A stretch of 44,560 nucleotides of DNA from Candidatus Lindowbacteria bacterium RIFCSPLOWO2_12_FULL_62_27 (GTDB lineage: Bacteria; Lindowbacteria; 2-12-FULL-62-27): assembly GCA_001784175.1 (NCBI GenBank), contig MFPR01000001.1, forward strand, positions 248,001-292,560, given 5' to 3'. Made by a program: the position numbers and the translations under genes. Position 1 is the stretch's first letter. The number at the start of each line of letters is the position of its first letter. This document shows, piece by piece, positions 28,190 through 38,378 of the stretch. The notes under the pieces are model-generated. The model was not told where the DNA came from and searched no databases. It saw nothing but the letters and a program-made list of their open reading frames with translations.

Positions 28190-29181
28190 CCAACTACCTG
28201 CCACCCTCACCCCGACCCTCTCCCGCCGGAGGCGGGAGAGGGGGGAGAGCCGGCGTGTTTCGCACGGTCGTGCCCGGACTCTTGTTCGCTGCCCTTTACC
28301 CATCATTACCCGTTACCCGGTGCCAGGCGGAGGTCTACACGAACGGTCTGACGATGATCTACCGGGAGGTTTCGGTGAGCCCGAGGTCCTCGGGCGTGAT
28401 CGAGAAGCTCTACGTGCAGGAGGGCCAGTGGGTGTCGGAAGGCGACGCGCTGGGGGAATTGGACGCGACGAAGGAAAAAATGGATTTGCTGTTGACGGAC
28501 ATGGAGCTTGAGGAGCTGCAGCTTTCTCTGGAAAAAATGAAGCTGCCCCTGCGGCCGAAAGAGATCGAGAAAATGGAGATTGACCTGAAAAAGACCCAGC
28601 TCGCCGAGGACAAGACCAAAACGGAGCTTGAGCGCACCAAGCGCCTGTATGATCAGAAGGCGGTATCGGACAAGGATGTCGCGGACGCCAAAAACGCGGC
28701 CGAGGCCGCCGCGCTCGCCACCAAGGCGCAGAAACTCTCGCTGGAACTCGCCAAGGAGGGGCCCCGCAAGGAGGAGATCATGCTTCACGAAATGAAAATC
28801 GCGCAGAAACTCCACGCGCAGGACCAGAAAAAGCTCGCGCTCGAAAAAATGACCGTCCTCTCCTCCGCCGCCGGCGTGATCTCGAAACTCTACTACGCCG
28901 CCGGCGAAAACGCGGCCGCCGGCCAGCCCTTCTGCGACGTCCTCAACACCGACTCGCTCTACGTCGAACTCAATCTGCCCGTGTCGGAGATCAACCGGAT
29001 CACGGTCGACCAAAAGGCGACCGTGACGGTTCCGTCGGTCACCTCAAAATCCCATCCGGGCCGCGTCGTGTTCATCAGCCCCACCGTCGATCCGGCCAGC
29101 CGGACGTTCAAAATCCGCATCGAAATCGCCAACCCGCAGCGCGCCCTCAAACCGGGGCTCTTCGCCACCGTTTCGATTTAG
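28186..29181 (+). CDS. HlyD/RND-type periplasmic adaptor (MFP)
   Basis: VSPRSSGVIEKLYVQEG, coiled coil, VFISPTVDPASRTF, LKPGLFA; start GTG 28186 (GTGA overlap) or GTG 28255. Confidence 0.88.
   Translation: MTNYLPPSPRPSPAGGGRGGRAGVFRTVVPGLLFAALYPSLPVTRCQAEVYTNGLTMIYREVSVSPRSSGVIEKLYVQEGQWVSEGDALGELDATKEKMDLLLTDMELEELQLSLEKMKLPLRPKEIEKMEIDLKKTQLAEDKTKTELERTKRLYDQKAVSDKDVADAKNAAEAAALATKAQKLSLELAKEGPRKEEIMLHEMKIAQKLHAQDQKKLALEKMTVLSSAAGVISKLYYAAGENAAAGQPFCDVLNTDSLYVELNLPVSEINRITVDQKATVTVPSVTSKSHPGRVVFISPTVDPASRTFKIRIEIANPQRALKPGLFATVSI
28200..28244 (+). repeat. Single REP-like palindrome at the MFP 5' end
   Basis: CCACCCTCACCCCGACCCTCTCCCGCC-GGA-GGCGGGAGAGGG. Confidence 0.9.
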
Positions 29182-29192
29182 ACCTCCTGAGA

Positions 29193-29273
29193 ATCCCTGT
29201 TGCCGGTTCGGAGAGATTCACCATCCATGGCGAATCCGGAGCCGGAGGCAACAGGGATAGTCCATCCATGGAC
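29193..29273. repeat. Compound palindrome between convergent genes
   Basis: ATCCCTGTTGCC...GGCAACAGGGAT outer stem enclosing a CCATCCATGG-centred hairpin, followed by GTCCATCCATGGAC. Confidence 0.6.
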
Positions 29274-29303
29274 AAAAACAGGGGGACGCTTGGAGCGTCC
29301 CCC
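29274..29303 (-). terminator. Intrinsic terminator of the amt-glnK-porin operon
   Basis: Perfect 10-bp stem GGGGGACGCT/AGCGTCCCCC followed by TGTTTTT on the minus strand. Confidence 0.8.
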
Positions 29304-29352
29304 CTTGGTTCTCGATTCTGAACCTTACCGGTAAAAGGGCGAAACTACCTGC

Positions 29353-30594
29353 TTAAAAATTCACCCCGAGCGAGAGGGTCAGCGCGTCGGCGTCCTGAGA
29401 AGCCCGGTCGTTCGTATTCGCGGCGAGCTGGTTGCCGAACCCGTCCCCGTCTTCATCAAACGTCGTCCACTCCGCCTTGACCATGGCGCTGTCCGCGAGC
29501 TTGTAGCCGGCCGCGACGCTCCAGAGGCTGGGCTCGCCCAGTGTATTGGAATTCACGTAATCGGGATCGAGCTGGTTCCACCGGACTGCGAGATACGAAT
29601 TCTCGTCGAAGGTGTAACGGCCCTGCAGTCCCATGTAATTCCATTCACGGCTTGCGCCGGTCGTGCCCGTGTCCGCGTCGATGTTGCCCCAAAAGCCGAT
29701 GAGATATCCGTCCCCGTAGTCGTACTTCGCGGACACTTCCCACATCTGCCGGTCGTAGCCGTTCATGAAGACCAGACCCTGGAGGTTGGAGTTGACCCCC
29801 GCGCCAAGCGTGGAGTTGACATTCTGAACGAGGAACGAGCTTCCAACGTTCAGGGGATCCTGATCGCCGTCCTTCGTCTGGTCGCTGTTGTAGAAACTGG
29901 CCTGGACCGTCAGGTTGTCCTGAACCTGCGTTTCGACCCGCAAGGCCCATGCCAGATCGTCGTTCGACCTCACCTGATTGCCTGTTCCCGCCGGATTTCC
30001 GTCGACCACGCCGCCGCCGTTCATGAGGGCGATCTCCCACGTCGACGGGGTTTTGATGTGTCCCTCAAAGGACCCGGACAGCGAGATGCCGTTTTCCGTG
30101 CCGTTGATGTCCAGCAGGCCATTGGTGATGAACTCGTTGTTGCGGTCATCGCCATGGTTGGTCCGCTTCGCGTACTCCCAGCCGTACGGAATGTCAATCA
30201 GGCCGGGTTTGAGGTTGAGCCCGCTGCCGAGAAAATCCTTGATGACGATGCACGCGTTGAGAAGCTCGAGAGATTCGGCGATGCCGGGGTTGTTGCCGGT
30301 CACCGGGGTGCCGCCGTCCGCCACCGTTCGGGTATTCTCGTGGCTGTAGTCATTGCCGGCCCAGATGCCAAGCGCGATGGAAATCTTGTCGGAGATGTCG
30401 GCGTTGACATACAGATTGATCCGCGGGTCGTTGAAATTCAAATCCTCATCGACGCCGCCCGTCGTCGAGTCGAAATCGATGTCCTGCACGCTTACGAGCG
30501 CCGCTCCCGACAGTTCGATTTTCGCGTCCGAACCCTGCGGGAACGCGAAAAGGAGCGCCGCAAAAAGTGCGGCCGTCCACAGATTCTGCTTCAC
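29353..30594 (-). CDS. Porin-like outer-membrane beta-barrel
   Basis: Signal peptide from GTG 30594 with RBS, GLIDIPYG motif, amphipathic strands, terminal LSLGVNF (C-terminal Phe). Confidence 0.75.
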   Translation of the reverse strand: MKQNLWTAALFAALLFAFPQGSDAKIELSGAALVSVQDIDFDSTTGGVDEDLNFNDPRINLYVNADISDKISIALGIWAGNDYSHENTRTVADGGTPVTGNNPGIAESLELLNACIVIKDFLGSGLNLKPGLIDIPYGWEYAKRTNHGDDRNNEFITNGLLDINGTENGISLSGSFEGHIKTPSTWEIALMNGGGVVDGNPAGTGNQVRSNDDLAWALRVETQVQDNLTVQASFYNSDQTKDGDQDPLNVGSSFLVQNVNSTLGAGVNSNLQGLVFMNGYDRQMWEVSAKYDYGDGYLIGFWGNIDADTGTTGASREWNYMGLQGRYTFDENSYLAVRWNQLDPDYVNSNTLGEPSLWSVAAGYKLADSAMVKAEWTTFDEDGDGFGNQLAANTNDRASQDADALTLSLGVNF

Positions 30595-30635
30595 TGAAAT
30601 CAGTCCCCCTTTGCCTTTGTGATGTGGGTCGCGAA

Positions 30636-30977
30636 CTAACCGATCGCGACGTTCCCTGTCTCGCTGGTCCTGATCCGAATGCACTCCGGCAGGTCCAGCA
30701 CGAAAATCTTGCCGTCGCCGATGTTGCCCGTCCTCGCGCCCTTGATGATCGCATCGACCGTCGGCTTGACGAAATTCTCGTTCACCGCGATCTCGAGCTG
30801 AACCTTGTTCAGCAGGTTCACCTCCTCGATCGCGCCGCGGTACGTTTCCGAAAACCCCTTCTGCTGGCCGCAGCCGACGACCGGCATGACCGTCATTTTG
30901 AAGACCTCGGCCTCATAGAGCGCCTTTTTCACGTCCGGCAGTTTCTCCGGCTGGATAATCGCAATGATCAATTTCAT
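30636..30977 (-). CDS. glnK: P-II nitrogen regulatory protein
   Basis: [22 protein letters not shown]-loop, [18 protein letters not shown]; linked to amt. Confidence 0.93.
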   Translation of the reverse strand: MKLIIAIIQPEKLPDVKKALYEAEVFKMTVMPVVGCGQQKGFSETYRGAIEEVNLLNKVQLEIAVNENFVKPTVDAIIKGARTGNIGDGKIFVLDLPECIRIRTSETGNVAIG

Positions 30978-31007
30978 CGTCGTTTCTCCCTTCTCAGGCG
31001 CGCCGGC

Positions 31008-32447
31008 CTATTTGGTGACGAAAATGTTGAAGCCCGCGTAGGCTTCCATGCCGTGTTCGCCGATGTCGAGGCCTCGAAGCTCCTCGTCCCGGCCGACCCG
31101 GATACCGCCGACGGCTTTGAGAAGGCCAAACCCGGCCAGCGCCACGATGAAGGTGAACGCGCCGACCCCGACGACGCCGATGAGCTGCGTCATCAACTGG
31201 TCCGTCCCGCCGCCGTACAATAAACCCACTTTCGGCTGCGCGGCGCCTCCCGCGAAGGGGGCGCTTGCAAACAGCCCCACGCACAGGGTGCCCCAGACGC
31301 CGTTCACGAGATGCACGGCCAGCGCTCCGACCGGATCGTCGATGTGAAGCTTGTCGAAGAGGATGACACCGAAAACCACGAGGACGCCCGCGACGGCGCC
31401 GATGAGCACCGATGCGCCGACGCTCACGAACGCGCACGGCGCCGTGATCGCCACCAGCCCCGCCAAACATCCGTTCAGAATCATCGACAGGTCCGGCTTG
31501 CCGAGCAGGACCCACGCCGTGAGCATCGCCGTCACGACGCCGGCGGCGGCGGCGGAATTGGTCGTGATGCAGATTCGCGCCATGGACTCGGGGTCGGCCG
31601 CCATGGTGGAACCGGGATTGAATCCGAACCAGCCCAGCCACAGGATAAACGTGCCGAGCGTTGCGGCGAGCATGTTGTGTCCCATGATGGGATTCACGGA
31701 GCCGTCAGGCCGGAACTTGCCGATCCGCGGCCCCAGGAGCATCGCGCCGGCCAGCGCCGCCCAGCCGCCGACCGAGTGGACCACCGTGGATCCCGCGAAA
31801 TCAAAAAATCCCTTCTGGGCCAGCCAGCCGCCGCCCCAGATCCAGTGGCCGGTGATCGGATACATGACGCCGACGAGGAGAAACGAGAAAAGGACAAACA
31901 CGTGAAACTTGATCCGCCCGCCGACGGCGCCCGATACGATGGTGGCCGCCGTGCCGGCGAAAACCAGTTGGAAGAAAAATTTCGCCCAAATCGGAACACC
32001 GGTCCAGTTCATCGAGGAATAGACGCCCTGGTAGGCGGCGCCGGTGGCGGGGCTGTTGTCCGCGCCGCCGACCATCCAGAGACCCTGCAACCCGGAGAAT
32101 CCGTTGCCGTCTCCGAACATGATTCCCCAGCCGACGAACCAGAACGCCAGGGACGAAATGGCGAACACGACGAAATTCTTGGCGCAGATGTTCACGCAGT
32201 TTTTCGCCTGCTGAAGCCCCGCCTCCAGCATGCCGAAGCCCGCGTTCATCCAGAAGACCAGCATGGCCGTCACCAGGACCCAGAGGGTGTCGGCCATGAC
32301 CTTGCCGTTCGCAATCGCCGCGGCGTGTTCCTGCGTAAATGCGGGCGACGACGCCGCCGCGTCTTCCGCGGCCACCGCGCCCGCGCCCGCCAGCGTCACC
32401 AAGCCGGCCAGGAGCAGTGTCCCCATCCAATTCACCCTGTTGTTCAT
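31008..32447 (-). CDS. amtB: Ammonium transporter
   Basis: [42 protein letters not shown] (both conserved His). Confidence 0.97.
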   Translation of the reverse strand: MNNRVNWMGTLLLAGLVTLAGAGAVAAEDAAASSPAFTQEHAAAIANGKVMADTLWVLVTAMLVFWMNAGFGMLEAGLQQAKNCVNICAKNFVVFAISSLAFWFVGWGIMFGDGNGFSGLQGLWMVGGADNSPATGAAYQGVYSSMNWTGVPIWAKFFFQLVFAGTAATIVSGAVGGRIKFHVFVLFSFLLVGVMYPITGHWIWGGGWLAQKGFFDFAGSTVVHSVGGWAALAGAMLLGPRIGKFRPDGSVNPIMGHNMLAATLGTFILWLGWFGFNPGSTMAADPESMARICITTNSAAAAGVVTAMLTAWVLLGKPDLSMILNGCLAGLVAITAPCAFVSVGASVLIGAVAGVLVVFGVILFDKLHIDDPVGALAVHLVNGVWGTLCVGLFASAPFAGGAAQPKVGLLYGGGTDQLMTQLIGVVGVGAFTFIVALAGFGLLKAVGGIRVGRDEELRGLDIGEHGMEAYAGFNIFVTK

Positions 32448-32506
32448 CCGCTGTTCACCTGCTTTCGAATATTATTCCGGCGCTTGGCCGTTTGTCATGG
32501 ACGCGG

Positions 32507-32535
32507 ACGGTACCAACCCGTTTTTCATTTGTCAA
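32507..32535 (-). promoter_or_regulatory. Putative sigma70 promoter of the amt operon
   Basis: TTGACA-17 nt-TACCGT with a TG extended -10 on the minus strand. Confidence 0.55.
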
Positions 32536-32646
32536 GATTATTTCAAAAAAAATTTTCAAACGTTTAGATTATTGTCAGCCAACTGAATAGATGCATCGAA
32601 AGCATGGGGCGGCACGGCCATTTGGCGGACGGCGCCGGAGACGCCG

Positions 32647-33606
32647 TCAGCTCCGCCAGTCACCCTTTTTCCGGAACGTCCATTTGAGTTTTGAACGCAG
32701 GCCCAGGAGGGCGTTGATCCAGGAGCCCGGGAGGGGCCAGAGGGCGAGGAGGGACCAGGAACGGAGGTTGGCCGGGTCGTGGCGGAGGCTGTCGAGGAGG
32801 TTGCCGAGGGCCGGAAGTTTTTTGCCGAGGAGCAGCTCGTAGTAGGCGGCCCATTGCAGGAAATATCCCAAACGCTTGGGTGCGCGCTTGAGGACGTGGC
32901 GATAGCGTTCGGCGAGGTAGGTGTTGTACTCGTCCGTCATGGCCCAGAGCCTGCGGCCGCCGCTCAAGACCGTCACGTTGTCGGTGCCGCTCCAGCCGGC
33001 GACGCCCAGCGGCCGGCGGAAAATCCGGAGCTTGCCGTCGGGCAGGAGCGCCTCCCAGAGGCCGGTGAACCAGTTGAAGGGGTGCTGGTAGAATTGGAAA
33101 AAGTTATCCCAGAATACGCGTTTCCCGATGAAGAGCACGTCGGCGAAGCCTTTCGTGCCGAGCAGGAAATCCTCAAACGTCAGCGCGAGCCGGTCGTTCT
33201 GCCAGCCGGTGAAATAGTCGATCGGCGCATGGGTCCGCTCGTCGATCCAGAGGTATCCGTGGATGAACTCGTCGTCGGGCGACGAGGTGAGGTTGCGGGC
33301 GATGATGTCGAGCGCGTCGGTCGAGAGGAACCGGTCATCGCTGTCGAGCCGCAGGAGGTAATCGCCCGAACACTCCCGGAAATGCTGCGGATACCGGACG
33401 GCGTGGGTCTCGCTGGAGTTAAACCGGATATAGCGCAGGCGCGGGTCCTTGAAGGATTCCATGAGTTCGGGCGTCGCATCGGTCGAGCCGTCGTCGATGA
33501 CCCAGTACTCGAAGTTCGCGTGTGTCTGCGCCAGCACGCTGTCGATCGTCTGCTTGAGGCGATAGGCGCGGTTGTAGGTGGCGGTGAGGATGCTGAATTT
33601 TTTCAT
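32647..33606 (-). CDS. Family 2 glycosyltransferase
   Basis: FSILTATYNR, SVLAQT, VIDDGSTD, LDSDD. Confidence 0.92.
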   Translation of the reverse strand: MKKFSILTATYNRAYRLKQTIDSVLAQTHANFEYWVIDDGSTDATPELMESFKDPRLRYIRFNSSETHAVRYPQHFRECSGDYLLRLDSDDRFLSTDALDIIARNLTSSPDDEFIHGYLWIDERTHAPIDYFTGWQNDRLALTFEDFLLGTKGFADVLFIGKRVFWDNFFQFYQHPFNWFTGLWEALLPDGKLRIFRRPLGVAGWSGTDNVTVLSGGRRLWAMTDEYNTYLAERYRHVLKRAPKRLGYFLQWAAYYELLLGKKLPALGNLLDSLRHDPANLRSWSLLALWPLPGSWINALLGLRSKLKWTFRKKGDWRS

Positions 33607-33998
33607 GGATTTTTCACCCCCTCTCCCTCTTTAGAGGGAGAGGGTCGGGGTGAGGGTGTTCTCTCAATCCGGTCAATTATTCGTCCGAGGACTACATCCA
33701 TCTTGTTCAATACATCATTGTCCCAGAACCTCAGGACGTGAAAGCCCTCCTGCAATAGAAAGGCCGTCCGCTCGCAATCCTTCTGGAGGTTGACATCTTC
33801 GGCATGTTGGCCGCCATCCACTTCGATGACCAATCCCCGCTCCACACAACAGAAATCGGCGATGAACCTGCCGATGGGATGTTGCCTCCTGAATTTATAT
33901 CCTTCGAACCGGCGCGACCGAAGATGCTTCCAAAGTTTCCGTTCGGCGTCGGTCATTTCTTTGCGCAACCTTCGCGCAAATGCGATGTTCTTCTTCAT
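33603..33998 (-). CDS. DUF559 (Vsr-like PD-(D/E)xK) endonuclease-domain protein
   Basis: ARRLRKEMTDAERKLW..LR, KFRRQHPIG.FIADF, LVIEVDGGQH, VLRFWDNDV. Confidence 0.93.
   Translation of the reverse strand: MKKNIAFARRLRKEMTDAERKLWKHLRSRRFEGYKFRRQHPIGRFIADFCCVERGLVIEVDGGQHAEDVNLQKDCERTAFLLQEGFHVLRFWDNDVLNKMDVVLGRIIDRIERTPSPRPSPSKEGEGVKNP
33617..33656 (-). repeat. REP-like palindrome forming the 3' end of the DUF559 gene
   Basis: Minus strand CCCTCACCCCGACCCTCTCCCTCT-AA-AGAGGGAGAGGGG; encodes PSPRPSPSKEGEG. Confidence 0.92.
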
Positions 33999-34001
33999 GC
34001 T

Positions 34002-34044
34002 CCCCTCACCCCAACCCTCTCCCCTCTTCGAGGGAAGAGGGGGG
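34002..34044 (+). repeat. REP-like palindrome upstream of DUF559, inverted relative to the 33617 copy
   Basis: CCCCTCACCCCAACCCTCTCCCCTCTTCGAGGGAAGAGGGGG. Confidence 0.92.
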
Positions 34045-34776
34045 AATGTTCAATCCGCCCCCCATACGCTGGGCCATGCTTATAGAAAACATGATTATAC
34101 AGAGACAAAGGACAATCCCTATAGGGGTGAATTCTTCGAGGCGCGAATGCGAATTCGAAAATGTGGGAACTTTAAAATCACCGAAAATTAACCCTTCAAG
34201 ATACGCCCTGAAATATGTGAATAGAACAATCAACAAATATGTGAATGGAATACTCAACGATTCAAGCATCGAGCTTTTAATCGTAGATAATTGACGAATA
34301 CTTCTTACAATCCCAACTACAAATAAAGTCAGGATAAATCCATAGGTCCCTAGAATCTTTTCGGTGAGCCATACAGTGCCCCCAGATAAATCGAACGGGA
34401 TGTTTTTGAGTGTAAAAAAAACGATACATCCCAATGCAGGATACATCAGATAGCGGCGCTTCCTCTGTAGTGGTATTTTACATGTGATTATTTCTATAAA
34501 ACCCAACGTGGCACCCCAAGAGCAACCCAATAAAGCAGCAATAATACACACGGGAAATATGTATTTTGTACATTTTAACGCAAAATCCAATATGTCACCT
34601 GCCAGAAGCAATTTACTATACACTACTACGACGCAAACAAACGCCCCAAACCAACCTCCTAAAAACCCACCCCATATTCCACTTACGATTGGATTGAATA
34701 AAAATCCGTGTCGAACCGCTTTAGACTTTGTCGTTGGCGGAGGCACACTCTCTTTCGCAGAATTTGATTCCATCAT
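34006..34776 (-). CDS. Hypothetical polytopic membrane protein, AT-rich
   Basis: 256-aa ORF with several hydrophobic segments; visibly more AT-rich than its flanks; stop codon lies in the repeat. Confidence 0.6.
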   Translation of the reverse strand: MMESNSAKESVPPPTTKSKAVRHGFLFNPIVSGIWGGFLGGWFGAFVCVVVVYSKLLLAGDILDFALKCTKYIFPVCIIAALLGCSWGATLGFIEIITCKIPLQRKRRYLMYPALGCIVFFTLKNIPFDLSGGTVWLTEKILGTYGFILTLFVVGIVRSIRQLSTIKSSMLESLSIPFTYLLIVLFTYFRAYLEGLIFGDFKVPTFSNSHSRLEEFTPIGIVLCLCIIMFSISMAQRMGGGLNIPPSSLEEGRGLG

Positions 34777-34819
34777 AGAATCCGTTCAACTTTAATATAC
34801 ATATTAGAAGTCAAAAGAA

Positions 34820-34859
34820 CCCCCTCACCCTGACCCTCTCCCCCTGCGGGGGAGAGGGG
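34820..34859 (+). repeat. REP-like palindrome downstream of glyS
   Basis: CCCCCTCACCCTGACCCTCTCCCCC-TGC-GGGGGAGAGGGG. Confidence 0.92.
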
Positions 34860-34934
34860 ATCATCCAATCTTCTTCCGATTCTTCGTCCCAACATGACGC
34901 TATCATGCTGAAGCCTTCGCCTAAGCCGCGCATG

Positions 34935-37002
34935 TCACTCCGATACGGCGATCCTGTCGAATTCGGCGTAGGACCGGAAGGCGTCGCTGATGGCGCCAAT
35001 GAGGGACAGGCGGTTGGCCCGGAGCGACGCGTCGTCAACCATGACGAACACTTTATCGAAGAACGTGTGGAGCGGCGCCGCCATCTCCAGGATGGCGCGG
35101 AGCCGGTCGGTGTACTTGCGTTCGGGCATCCTCCGGACGGCGGCCTCCCAGTCCAGAAAGGCCTTGTGGAGCGCACGCTCCTCCTCCTGCTGGAATGCGC
35201 CGGGGTTGAGCGGCGGGAGATTTTTTTCGTTTTTGACGATGTTGTGCGCGCGTTTGGCGGTGCGAAGCAGCGTCACCCAGCGGTCCTTGCCTTCGCGCGC
35301 TATTTTCGAGAACGCCTCGACCTTGCCCGCGATCTCACACGGGTCGTCCGACACGTTGAGGCACGCCAAGACGAACTCGGCCGGATGGGTTTCGCGCAGG
35401 AGCGCTTCGAGCCGGGCGCGGAAAAACGCGAGCACCTCCGGGGCGGCCTTGCGGACGGCGCCGGGGTCCGGGAAAATCGGGGCGGCGCTTTCGGCCATCT
35501 GGCCGATGCGCAGGTGCCAGGCGCGCGCGAGGAGGATCCGGGCGATGCCGATGGCCGCGCGGCGCAGGCCGTAGGGATCGCCGGACGCGGTAGGCCGAAG
35601 GCCGACCGAGTAGGCGCCGAAGAGCAGTTCGAATTTATCGGCCAGAGCAAGGAGCGCGCCGAGCGGCGTTTCCGGCAGAGGGTCGGCCGGTCCGCGAGGC
35701 TGGTAGTGTTCGGCGATCGCAGCGGGAATTTCCGCCGGCAGGCCCTCCTTTTCGGCGTAGATGCGGCCCATGACGCCCTGAAGTTCCGGGAATTCCCGGA
35801 CCACCTCCGTGAGCAGGTCCGCCTTGCAGAGATAGGCCACATCGGCGTACCGGTCGAGATCGAGGTCGATGCCGATGCGCGGCGGCAGAATCACGAGGAG
35901 GTCCCGGAGGCGCCGCGCGCGGTCGTGCAACGTCCCGAGACCCTCGAGGTAGACCACGCCCTTGAGGCCGTCGATCCGGTCGGCCAGTTTCTTTTTGCGG
36001 TCGGTTTCAAAAAAATATTTCGTATCCGAAAACCGCGCCGTCAGCACCCGCGCGTTGCCCTTCGCGACGATGCCCTTCGGGTCCGGCGGCCCGTTGCGGA
36101 CGACCAGAAAATGCGGCGCGAGTTTCCCGCCGGCGGCCGTCACCGGGAAATACCGCTGATGGTGGCTCATGGCGCTTTTGAGAATCACGGCGGGAATGTC
36201 CAGAAAGGACCGGTCGAACCCGCCCAGAAGGACGGTCGGGAATTCCGTCAGATGAACCACCTCGGTCACCAGGTCCTCCGGCAGGTCCGCCGAAAGGCCG
36301 CGCCGCGCCAGAATCATTTTCGCGCCCCGCAGGATTTTTTCCCGGCGTTTCGCCGGCGAGACCATGACCATTTTTTGTTCGAGCTTGCGGAAATACCCGG
36401 CGGCGGACGCCGGGCGGAACGGTTGCGGATGAAAAAACTTGTTGCCGAACGTCACCGCGCCCGACTCCAACCCGTGGGCCGCGAACCGGAGCGGGCGGCC
36501 GTGCAGGAGGCACAGGATCCAGCGGACGGGCCGGGCGAAGGCGGCCGCGTCGCCGGCGCGCCAGCGCATGGCTTTGGGGAAGGAGATCGACGCGATCAGC
36601 GCGGGTAGAATCTCCGGCAGGATCTTCGCCGTGGGACGGCCTTTTTCCTTGAGCCGGACGCCGACGAAGGCGCGGTCCTTTTTCTGAACCTTCACGATGC
36701 TGTTCGCGTCGCCGCCCACCGATTTCAGGAATCCCTCGAGCGCGGCCGTGGGCCGGCCGTCGGCGCCGTAGGCCGCGTCCCACGGCGGTCCCGTCCGCTC
36801 CACCACGCGCGTGTCGGCGGCCCGGCCGATGTCGCGGGCCCAGACGACGAGCCGGCAGGGCGTGGCGTACGCATGGACGGCAGCCACCGGGATGCGGTGT
36901 TCGGCGAGGATGCGCCGAAGACCCGTCTCAAGCTGTTCGGTCGCGGGCGGGAGGAATCGCGCGGGAATTTCTTCGCACCCGATCTCGAGCAGAAAATCGC
37001 GG

Positions 37003-37010
<8 letters not shown>
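34935..37010 (-). CDS. glyS: Glycine--tRNA ligase beta subunit
   Basis: [35 protein letters not shown]...[19 protein letters not shown]. Confidence 0.97.
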
Positions 37011-37878
<868 letters not shown>

Positions 37879-37886
37879 GTGTTCAG

Positions 37887-38219
37887 TTACTGCGCGGAGG
37901 TTTCGTCGGCCAGCCACCGCAGGTAATCGGGGTTGCCGCCCTCGATCCGGAACGCGATGACTTCCGGGACCGAGTAGGAATGGAGGCGTTTGACCTCGGC
38001 GATGAGTGCGCCGAGATTGGCCTCCTGCGTTTTGATGACAAGCACGCACTCGGCCGACTCGTCGATTTTGCCCTCCCACCAGTAGAGGGACCGGGCGCCG
38101 GGGAGGATGTTGACGCACGCGGCCAGGCGCTTTTCGAGAAGCCCCCGGGCAATCTTCTCCCCCTGGTCCGGCGACTCGCAGGTGACGAGGCACATCAGAA
38201 ATTCCGGCAAGGATTCCAT
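37887..38219 (-). CDS. cutA: CutA divalent-cation tolerance protein
   Basis: [31 protein letters not shown]. Confidence 0.93.
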   Translation of the reverse strand: MESLPEFLMCLVTCESPDQGEKIARGLLEKRLAACVNILPGARSLYWWEGKIDESAECVLVIKTQEANLGALIAEVKRLHSYSVPEVIAFRIEGGNPDYLRWLADETSAQ

Positions 38220-38271
38220 GTCGATGACCAAGCTCTACTTCGAGGGCGATGTCCCGTCAACCCCGGCGAGA

Positions 38272-38309
38272 CCCCCCCACCCAGCCTCCCCCACAAGGGG
38301 GGAGGGGGG
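38272..38309 (+). repeat. Variant REP-like palindrome
   Basis: CCCCCCCACCCAGCCTCCCCC-ACAA-GGGGGGAGGGGGG in the divergent cutA/DUF47 intergenic region. Confidence 0.75.
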
Positions 38310-38378
38310 AGAAAAGAGAGTGAGTTTCAACAGAGGTACTGCTTGTTTTTTGCGCCGGACTCTGGCAAGAGGGAGCGC

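Noticed and set aside
21212-28306. Long minus-strand ORFs (757, 468 and 831 aa)
   Set aside because: Antisense to well-supported genes; codon-bias shadows
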